Assembly: GCA_002785295.1 (NCBI GenBank)
Contig: PFMC01000013.1
Span: 1-36,663 of the forward strand
Length of the DNA: 36,663 nt
Direction: 5' to 3'
Source of the DNA: Candidatus Komeilibacteria bacterium CG_4_10_14_0_8_um_filter_37_78
Lineage (GTDB): Bacteria > Patescibacteriota > Patescibacteriia > UBA1558
Position 1 is the stretch's first letter; the number at the start of each line of letters is the position of its first letter. A program made the position numbers and the translations under genes. This document shows positions 7,477 to 14,976 of the stretch, piece by piece. The notes beneath the pieces are model-generated. The model was given only the letters and a program-made list of their open reading frames with translations, did not search any database and was not told the DNA's origin.

Positions 7477-10437
7477 ATGAAGCAACGAGAGAAAAATTTA
7501 GGATTTTCATTAATCGAAGCAATTGTTGCTTTGGGAGTTTTTTCTCTATTAGTAGCTAGTATTTCGGGCACCGCCGGATTGACCTTTCTTTCTGAGATTC
7601 AGGGTGGGGAAAGGACTGTGGCCCAAGCTTATGCTGTCGAAGGAATGGAGGCAATTCGTTCGATCAGAGAATTGGGTTGGTCAGAACTAACAATTGGTCA
7701 ACACGGTTTATCCAAGGAGCAAGGCTATTGGGAATTATCTGGTAGTGAAGATATTTTAGGACAATTTACCAGGACAATTACCATTGCTGAGGTTTATCGT
7801 GATGTTGATCAAACTATTTTAGCTGAGGGTGGTAGTCTGGACCAACATACTAAACTTATCTCTGTTTTAATATCTTGGGAAATATCACCAGGTAATGATA
7901 ATGAATTTTTATTAGAAAATTATTTGACCAATTGGGCTAGTCTTGATTGGTCACAAACAAATTGGTCTGGTGGTGCTGGTCAAGCTAGTTGGAGTATTGA
8001 CAATCAATTTTGGACAGCTGATGAAAGTATTGATGTTAATACAGTTGGAGAATTATCACTGAATCAGGCGGGAACTAACCCCAGTCCTTATGCCTTATTA
8101 ATGCATTTTGATGGCTCTCGCTATCAAAGCCAAGACAGTATTGATAATTATAGTTTTGAAAATTATCTAGGAATAGCCCCCAATATTGACTTTGATGATT
8201 GGACTGAATATCAGCTAGGTGCAGATTTTAGTGTGGAACCAGGCTATCAAGGTAGTTCCGCGGTGCGGATTGATTATCAGTGGCCTTTGGCTTTAGGGGG
8301 GGTCTATCAAGCAGCAATTCCGGTCGTTGGTGATACGACTTATCAGTTATCATTTTTTGTCAAAGGTAATGTAGCTTACAATGATTTAATTGTCCATGAT
8401 GAGGATAATTATTATTTGCGTTCTAATGGTAGTTTTACTTGGTGGTTTACTGATATTGCGATTGATGTGTTTTATACAGAAAATGATTGGGCTCAATACA
8501 CAATTTCTTTTACGACTCGTAGCAATGCTAGCTATCTCTATATTACTATTAATGGGTGGGCTATGGATTCTGGTCAATGGTTGGCACTAGACAATATAGT
8601 ATTATCACAAGAGATCGTTTATGATGAAGGTTCTTATCAGAATCATGGTTTTAAAAAACCAAACGATGACGCGGGACCAGAATATGTTACTGGTCAGTTT
8701 GATCAAGCTTTGGACTTTGATGGTGCTGGTGGCAGTACCAGTGGTGATTATGTTTTGGTTCCAGCTGCAGATAGTTTAAATGTTACTGGTCCAATCACCT
8801 TGGAAGCTTGGATCAATCCAGACAGTCTGGGGAGTGGTATTGAAAGGCCAATTATTACTAAATGGAGTGATGCTGGTGGTGATTGGCGGTCTTATTCTTT
8901 ATCTGTTTTAGCCAATGGTAAATTGCGCTTTAGTTTGAGTAGTGATGGTGAAAGTGGCAATGGTCACACTTATTCTCTTGATAGTAGTGAGCAAATAGAA
9001 ACAGGTGAATGGCAACACGTAGTTGGAGTTTACGACAATACTGAAATGCGAGTTTATATCAATGGTGAGCCAGAAGGTTCTCAAGCTTATGATCAGGGCA
9101 TCTTTGATAGTGGTACCAATGCTGATGTGTTAATTGGCTCAACTTATAATAATTTGTACAATGACAATCGTTTCAATGGTCAGATTGACGAAGTTTCCAT
9201 TGAACTAATTGCTTTGACAGACACTCAGGTTGAAGATCATTATAGCAACTCACCTCTGACCCCAGAAGATGTGATAGTTTGGTTTGCGCCAACACCAATT
9301 GGAGTTTTCATGGCTGATAAGAAGGTTGCTGGTATGCACGTCAATAGTAGCTATCTCTATATTGCTTTACTGGACAAAAAAAGAGTAGAGATTTTTGATC
9401 TTAGTTCAAATCCTGAAAACCCACCATCTTTGGGCGTTTTTAATACGATCAATAAATCAGAAGATGTTTTTACTTATGGTAATTATTTTTATGTGATGAC
9501 TGATATTGCTTCACCAGGTATTGAGATTTATTATTATGATAGCAATCCGATAGAGGCAATATCAATTGGAACAATCAACCTTAATGATCAACCCGCTGGT
9601 ATTTGGATTGATGGTGATATCTTATATGTAGCTCTCAATGATGACAGCGTTCAAGTCTTTGATTTAAATCCTGATCCAGCAGTGCCTATTTCTTTAGGCG
9701 ATTTTGCTACTACCAATACCGCTACTGATATTTCTATTTATGGCGATTATGCCTATGTTTCACTTGATGATGATGTTGAAGCTTTACAAACCTTTGATAT
9801 TTCTATTGATCCAGCCAATCCTACTTCTACCAGTATTGCCAGCGCGATTGAAGAAGTAAATGGTGTGACAGCGATGGAAGATTATCTATTCTTGATTACC
9901 AAGGGTACTAGTCGGAAGGTCTTGGTTTATAATATTGGCGATGAACCAGCAATACCAGTAGCTCTTGGCGATCTTACTATTTTTGATAATGGTTGGGATA
10001 TCGCGGTGCGTGGTAGCTATATTTATGTGGGTTTGGGTGGCAGTACCAAGGGTGTCCAAGTATTTGATATGACTTTTATGCTCGCTGGCGGTAGTGGTGA
10101 TACCAATTTTGAAGTTTACGGCACTCTAGAATCCTCAGCTTTTGATACTGGCAATGCTAGTGGTTTTAACTTTATTTCCTGGTCAGAAACATTGCCAGCA
10201 CCAGAAGATAATATCAAGGTGCAAATCAAAACAGCGCCAACAGAAGCTGGTTTATCAGCTTCTTCCTGGGTTGGTTTAAGTGGTATCAATACTTACTATG
10301 AAGTAGGTAATGAAACAATTATTTATCCGAGCAATGGTCACAATGAAGATCGCTGGATCAAATATCTCGTTAGTTTATATGGTTCTGGAGACACCAGTCC
10401 GATTTTACACGATTTTAAAATAAATTATACACCCTAA
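7477..10437 (+). CDS. giant pilin-headed protein: prepilin N-terminus plus small pilin-like domain, jelly-roll CBM-like module, LamG/concanavalin-like module, six LVIVD-like beta-propeller repeats and a C-terminal beta domain (putative pilus tip adhesin)
   Basis: MKQREKNLG|FSLIEAIVALGVFSLLVA. LamG-like ...ITLEAWINPDS...RFNGQIDEVSIE. Repeats such as YLYIALLDKKRVEIFDLSSNPENP, ILYVALNDDSVQVFDLNPDPAVP and YAYVSLDDDVEALQTFDISIDPANP. Confidence 0.85.
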   Translation: MKQREKNLGFSLIEAIVALGVFSLLVASISGTAGLTFLSEIQGGERTVAQAYAVEGMEAIRSIRELGWSELTIGQHGLSKEQGYWELSGSEDILGQFTRTITIAEVYRDVDQTILAEGGSLDQHTKLISVLISWEISPGNDNEFLLENYLTNWASLDWSQTNWSGGAGQASWSIDNQFWTADESIDVNTVGELSLNQAGTNPSPYALLMHFDGSRYQSQDSIDNYSFENYLGIAPNIDFDDWTEYQLGADFSVEPGYQGSSAVRIDYQWPLALGGVYQAAIPVVGDTTYQLSFFVKGNVAYNDLIVHDEDNYYLRSNGSFTWWFTDIAIDVFYTENDWAQYTISFTTRSNASYLYITINGWAMDSGQWLALDNIVLSQEIVYDEGSYQNHGFKKPNDDAGPEYVTGQFDQALDFDGAGGSTSGDYVLVPAADSLNVTGPITLEAWINPDSLGSGIERPIITKWSDAGGDWRSYSLSVLANGKLRFSLSSDGESGNGHTYSLDSSEQIETGEWQHVVGVYDNTEMRVYINGEPEGSQAYDQGIFDSGTNADVLIGSTYNNLYNDNRFNGQIDEVSIELIALTDTQVEDHYSNSPLTPEDVIVWFAPTPIGVFMADKKVAGMHVNSSYLYIALLDKKRVEIFDLSSNPENPPSLGVFNTINKSEDVFTYGNYFYVMTDIASPGIEIYYYDSNPIEAISIGTINLNDQPAGIWIDGDILYVALNDDSVQVFDLNPDPAVPISLGDFATTNTATDISIYGDYAYVSLDDDVEALQTFDISIDPANPTSTSIASAIEEVNGVTAMEDYLFLITKGTSRKVLVYNIGDEPAIPVALGDLTIFDNGWDIAVRGSYIYVGLGGSTKGVQVFDMTFMLAGGSGDTNFEVYGTLESSAFDTGNASGFNFISWSETLPAPEDNIKVQIKTAPTEAGLSASSWVGLSGINTYYEVGNETIIYPSNGHNEDRWIKYLVSLYGSGDTSPILHDFKINYTP
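9325..10074 (+). repeat. six protein-level repeats of about 40 aa (LVIVD-like) inside the giant pilin gene
   Basis: Recurrent pattern aromatic-x-Y-[IV]-x-L...[VL]-x-[IVT]-[FY]-[DN]-[LI]-x2-3-P-x2-P at aa about 617-866. Confidence 0.7.
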
Positions 10438-10440
10438 AGA

Positions 10441-10944
10441 ATGAAGATTAATAAATTACAAAATTCTCAAGGATTTACCTTGCTAGAAGTCATCATCTAT
10501 ATGGCGATTGTTTCTGCTATTTTGACTGTGGCAATCTTTTTTGCTTGGTCGATTATTGGTAATCAATCTAAGAGTATGGTGGTGACTGAAGTCAATCAGA
10601 ATAGTAGATTTATTTTAGAAAGAGTGGGTCGTGACTTAAGGCAAGCGAGTAGTATTGCTAGTCTGGCTAGTGAACAGCTAGTACTCAATATCCTTGGTGG
10701 AGATCAATTAACTTTTGTTTTTGATGATATTAATCAGCAATTGACTAGACAATTAAACGAAGATACAGCAACTATTTTAAATAGCTCCTTGGTGGATGTT
10801 AGTGGTGCTTGGCAGAATTTGTCAGCCAATGATTCTGCTACTATTGGTCTGGATTTGACAGTTGCTTTCAAGACTAATAGCAATCACACAGACTGGCAAG
10901 CCAGCACCAGCACCTCATCAAGTTATGAATTACGAGTAAAATAA
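10441..10944 (+). CDS. minor pilin (PilW/GspJ-like)
   Basis: Prepilin signal MKINKLQNSQG|FTLLEVIIYMAIVSAIL. 167 aa. Confidence 0.75.
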   Translation: MKINKLQNSQGFTLLEVIIYMAIVSAILTVAIFFAWSIIGNQSKSMVVTEVNQNSRFILERVGRDLRQASSIASLASEQLVLNILGGDQLTFVFDDINQQLTRQLNEDTATILNSSLVDVSGAWQNLSANDSATIGLDLTVAFKTNSNHTDWQASTSTSSSYELRVK

Positions 10945-11321
10945 TGAAACTACAAAAAGATCAACAAGGTTTAATTGCACTAATATCTATTTTGGTTATT
11001 AGTTCTGTCGTGTTGTTAATCACAATCACGATGAGTTGGCAGTCAACTTCTGAATTACAAATGTCTTGGTGGACCAATCAATCTGAACAGGCTTATAGTT
11101 TGGCTGATAGTTGCTTGGAAGAAGGTTTGAATAAGTTGCGACTGAATTGGCAGAATTACAATGGCAATTTAGAGATTGATAGTAATTCGTGTATAATAGA
11201 AATAGAGACAACAGTTAATCTAGCTACTGTTGCTGTGATGGCCACTGTTGATCAAATCAATCGATCGATCATAGCCACCATTGATCAAAATTTTCAATTT
11301 ACAAACTGGCAAGAAAACTAA
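10944..11321 (+). CDS. PilX/GspK-like minor pilin-type protein lacking Glu+5
   Basis: MKLQKDQQG|LIALISILVISSVVLLITI. Overlapping TAATG junctions on both sides. 125 aa. Confidence 0.6.
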   Translation: MKLQKDQQGLIALISILVISSVVLLITITMSWQSTSELQMSWWTNQSEQAYSLADSCLEEGLNKLRLNWQNYNGNLEIDSNSCIIEIETTVNLATVAVMATVDQINRSIIATIDQNFQFTNWQEN

Positions 11322-13336
11322 TGTCAAAATTAAACAATTTTTTCGCTCTTGATATCAGTGATAATTCACTTGAAGTTTTGGGTTCTCAGAAAAATTTTTG
11401 GGGTCAAACGGTGATCAAAAATGTCAATCGTTTACCGCTAGAAAAGGGTTTGATTGTTGATGGTCAAATCAAAAATGCGAATGCTTTGATCAAGACGCTG
11501 AAAAAATTATTGGCCACAGCTAAGCCAACAAAAATAACTAGTAAGCACTGCTTGCTATCAATCCCGGAAAATAAGGTATTCACTCACATTTTTAAGGTTC
11601 CTAGTGCTCTGAAGGGCGATGAAATTGAGGAGTTTTTACTCAATCAAGCTGAAGGCATCATTCCTTTCAATCGGGAGACGGTTTATGCTGATTATGCTGA
11701 AATGGAGACCGATAATAAAGAAAAAAAGATTTTATATGTTGCTGCGCCAAAAAAATTGATTGATGATATCATTGCTATTTTAAAACAACTCAATATTACA
11801 GTCTTATTCATTGAGTTAGAGTCATTGTGTACATCGCGAGCTTTAATAGATAAAAAAACTGGCAAGAAAGCAACGATGATTATTGATATTGGTGGTAATT
11901 TTTCTAATATTGGCATTTTTGATAAGGGCGGTGTGAAATTAACGGTTAGTTTGCCAGTTGCCGGCAATCATATTACGCAGCAGATCAAAGCCAAAAACAA
12001 ACTAACGCTTGAAAAGGCAGAAGAAATTAAAGTGAGTAAAGGTTTGAAATCACCCAATAAGAAGGTTTTAGAAGCTATTCATAGTAGTCTTGATAAAATT
12101 ATTAGCGAAGCTACTCGTTCGATAGAGTATTATCAGCAAAAAACTGGTCAGGTAGTTGATCAATTATTAATCATTGGTGGTACAGCGCACCTTCCTGGTT
12201 TAAAAGATTATTTTACTCGGCAGATGGGAATGGAGATCATCATGGGCAATCCCTGGAATGTGATCAAAAAGGTGCCTAGTGTCAGTAAATATTTTCGTAA
12301 AGAGGACGCTTATCTATTTACCACAGTGATGGGTTTGATCGTCCGTGGTTTTGCTAAGAATTATAAGCAAGGTATCAATCTATTACCCAATGGTCGTCAA
12401 CAAAAAAAGGGATTTACTCTAGGGGAGGGGATCAAGAAAAGTTGGTGGAAAATTTTGGTTTTGATTTTAATAATTTGTGCTTTTACTGGGATTATTGTTT
12501 TTCGGGATAGTTTAAGAATGTCCAGAAAAGACAAAATAAGTAATACTGAGCAGGCAATTCAGTATCAAGTTGATTTCTCAGTTGATTATGGTAGCGAAGC
12601 AATGACTAGCATTGATATTCCACGTTTGCGGGGAGAGCTTATAGTCAATTATGGTACAGCAGAAGTAGTCTTAGTTAATATTTCAGTGGCAGATTTTCCC
12701 AGTCTGGCTGGTGATTATCTAGATTTACACAATGACACTAGTCAGTCTATTACCCTAAGAAAAGCATCACGTTTGGAGTTTAATGACCAAGTTTATTCAT
12801 TGGCGGAGATTGTCACCTTACCAGCACAAGCAGTGAAAACTGTCCAGGTTGTTAGTGAAGATAATACAGAAGTTGTTTTAGAACCAGGTAATTATAGTTT
12901 TGTTAGTTTAACGGCGGATCAACAACAAACAATTTATGGTATCAAAAATTATGAGTTGGCAACGCTTAGTCCAGAACAAGCCGCCAAGTTTGATATTGTT
13001 GAATTATCAACAGCTCAGGAGAATCTAAAGAAAATAGCAGCTGAAACCGCGACTTCATTTATTGATGATCGTTATATTATTAGTGAGCCAATTGATATTA
13101 AAGTGGTGAATGTGAGCTATCTGAGGCAAGGTGATCAATTAGCATTACGCGGAAATTTTGAATATACTTGGGTCAAAATCACAGAAGATGATTTATATTC
13201 GCTAATATTAGCCAATTATCCTGATAAGAATTTGGCTTTCGCTGAATTGGATCAAGCCCTATTAGAATTGAAGCCACTGAATATTAATGGCGCATCACAA
13301 ACAATGACAGTTTCTTCGCTGTGGACAATTCAGTAG
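11321..13336 (+). CDS. pilM: PilM-PilN fusion protein with a long C-terminal extracytoplasmic domain
   Basis: Actin-like PilM N-terminus (FFALDISDNSLEVLG, MIIDIGGNFSNIG, LLIIGGTAHLPGL). In-frame PilN signature INLLP (12374-12388). One TM segment WWKILVLILIICAFTGIIVF. Then about 277 aa of unassigned ectodomain. Confidence 0.85.
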   Translation: MSKLNNFFALDISDNSLEVLGSQKNFWGQTVIKNVNRLPLEKGLIVDGQIKNANALIKTLKKLLATAKPTKITSKHCLLSIPENKVFTHIFKVPSALKGDEIEEFLLNQAEGIIPFNRETVYADYAEMETDNKEKKILYVAAPKKLIDDIIAILKQLNITVLFIELESLCTSRALIDKKTGKKATMIIDIGGNFSNIGIFDKGGVKLTVSLPVAGNHITQQIKAKNKLTLEKAEEIKVSKGLKSPNKKVLEAIHSSLDKIISEATRSIEYYQQKTGQVVDQLLIIGGTAHLPGLKDYFTRQMGMEIIMGNPWNVIKKVPSVSKYFRKEDAYLFTTVMGLIVRGFAKNYKQGINLLPNGRQQKKGFTLGEGIKKSWWKILVLILIICAFTGIIVFRDSLRMSRKDKISNTEQAIQYQVDFSVDYGSEAMTSIDIPRLRGELIVNYGTAEVVLVNISVADFPSLAGDYLDLHNDTSQSITLRKASRLEFNDQVYSLAEIVTLPAQAVKTVQVVSEDNTEVVLEPGNYSFVSLTADQQQTIYGIKNYELATLSPEQAAKFDIVELSTAQENLKKIAAETATSFIDDRYIISEPIDIKVVNVSYLRQGDQLALRGNFEYTWVKITEDDLYSLILANYPDKNLAFAELDQALLELKPLNINGASQTMTVSSLWTIQ

Positions 13337-13343
13337 AATAAAA

Positions 13344-13372
13344 TTGTCAGAATGTGCAAAAAGTGATATACT
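13344..13372 (+). promoter_or_regulatory. candidate sigma70 promoter for the pilin gene
   Basis: -35 TTGTCA (13344-13349), 17-nt spacer, extended -10 TGATATACT (13364-13372). Confidence 0.5.
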
Positions 13373-13468
13373 ATAAGCAGTTTATTAAGCATATTTATAT
13401 AATAAATTAAATTAAATTGCCCCCACATAATTTTTTACGCGAGGGTAATGTAAGAAAGGGTAACAACA

Positions 13469-13933
13469 ATGCGTAAAGGTTTTACCTTAATCGAGTTGTT
13501 AATTGTTATCGGCATTATTGCCATCTTAGCAGCTTTAACATTCGTCGCTGTAGATCCTGCTACTCGTTTCGCAGAAGCAAGAAATGCAGAACGTTGGTCA
13601 GCTGCTAATTCAGTATTGAATGCTGTGCTTAAGTATCAAGTTGATAATGATGGCACTATGCCATCAGGTCTTGATGCTGTAGCTGGTAGTTCACAGGTAT
13701 TAGGTACAGCTGCCACAGGTTGTGATTCAACTTGTACAGCAGACACTACAGTTGCTACTTGCGTTGATCTAAGTACTGATCTAGTATCAAAGTATTTAGC
13801 ATCAATACCACAAGATCCAAGTACAGGAGCAGCTACTAATACAGATTATTACATCAATGTTGACGCTAATGGTCGTCTAGCTGTTGGTGCATGTGATCCA
13901 GAATTATCTGAAACCATTACAGTTTCTCGATAA
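13469..13933 (+). CDS. pilA: type IV pilin (major pilin candidate)
   Basis: MRKG|FTLIELLIVIGIIAILAAL. 154 aa, A/T-rich, four Cys. Has its own promoter-like element and a terminator. Confidence 0.9.
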   Translation: MRKGFTLIELLIVIGIIAILAALTFVAVDPATRFAEARNAERWSAANSVLNAVLKYQVDNDGTMPSGLDAVAGSSQVLGTAATGCDSTCTADTTVATCVDLSTDLVSKYLASIPQDPSTGAATNTDYYINVDANGRLAVGACDPELSETITVSR

Positions 13934-13948
13934 TAATTTTCTCCTTAG

Positions 13949-13981
13949 AACCCCTCTTCTGTACAGGAGAGGGGTTTTTTG
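13949..13981 (+). terminator. rho-independent terminator
   Basis: Stem CCCCTCT (13951-13957) pairs with AGAGGGG (13968-13974), extendable by two further pairs. It is followed by TTTTTT (13975-13980). Confidence 0.85.
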
Positions 13982-14007
13982 TTATAATTTAATCAAACAA
14001 AAGCAAA

Positions 14008-14976
14008 ATGAAGTGTAAAATACTATGCATTGGTGGTATTAGCCAGGATGTAATTTTTAATACCTCTGATGCCAACATTATCAGCAAAAAAAAGGACAAC
14101 CGTGCTCAGCAGTATATAGCATTTAATTTTGGCTCAAAAAATTCATCTCCTAGTGTGATGCGAACTTATGGTGGTGGTGCTTTAAATAGTGCTGCTTCTT
14201 TTATTTCTTTAGGAATCAAAGCTGTGCCAATGTCTGTTATTGGCGACGATTTTATTGGTCAGGAAATTTTTTTATACTTAAAACGAAAGAAGATTAATAA
14301 AAAGTTGATCAAAGTATTACCTCAAGAGCAAACAGCATTTTCTTTTATTATTAATTTACCACAAGCCAATGAGCACGTTTTATTTTTTAGTAATGAAGTT
14401 TTAAGTAAATTTAGAGTGACTGAAAGTGATTTACGACCAGTATTGACCAATTGGATTTATCTTAGTTCCTTGCGTAGTATTTCTGCACCCTATAGTATTG
14501 CTCGTATTTTTGACTATGCGAAAGAGAAAGCAGCCAAAATATTTTGGAATCCCGGACAACAGCAGATCAGAACTTTTGAACAATATCACAAATATTTACC
14601 ACAGGTTGATTTTTTCAGCATCAACAAAGCCGAGGCATTAGCGCTTGCTAAAGAACTGAAAGTAAAAGGCAAAAGTGAGTCACAAATTGCGCAGGGTTTG
14701 ATCAAATTGGGCGCTCAGGCAGTATTGATAACAGATGGTAGTAAAGGGGTCAATTATTATGATCAAAAAACGCACTATCAACAAGTAGCCAAGACAGTTA
14801 AAGTAGTCAATACTACTGGTGCTGGCGATGCTTTTAATGCTGGTTTTTTAGCTGGTTTCCTGCATTATGATCAAGATATTCAAAGATCTCTTGAATTAGG
14901 AATCAAAAATTCAGCAGCAATCATCCAGACTATGGGAGCTCATCAAGGGTCATTAACGATCAAAAATTTATACTGA
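14008..14976 (+). CDS. PfkB-family carbohydrate kinase (ribokinase-like)
   Basis: N-terminal ILCIGGISQDVIF and C-terminal signature NTTGAGDAFNAGFLAGF. Confidence 0.85.
   Translation: MKCKILCIGGISQDVIFNTSDANIISKKKDNRAQQYIAFNFGSKNSSPSVMRTYGGGALNSAASFISLGIKAVPMSVIGDDFIGQEIFLYLKRKKINKKLIKVLPQEQTAFSFIINLPQANEHVLFFSNEVLSKFRVTESDLRPVLTNWIYLSSLRSISAPYSIARIFDYAKEKAAKIFWNPGQQQIRTFEQYHKYLPQVDFFSINKAEALALAKELKVKGKSESQIAQGLIKLGAQAVLITDGSKGVNYYDQKTHYQQVAKTVKVVNTTGAGDAFNAGFLAGFLHYDQDIQRSLELGIKNSAAIIQTMGAHQGSLTIKNLY

Noticed and set aside
8386-8590. Two short ORFs (one on each strand) inside the giant pilin gene.
   Set aside because: They are out of frame or antisense within a continuous 986-aa ORF with clear domain structure.
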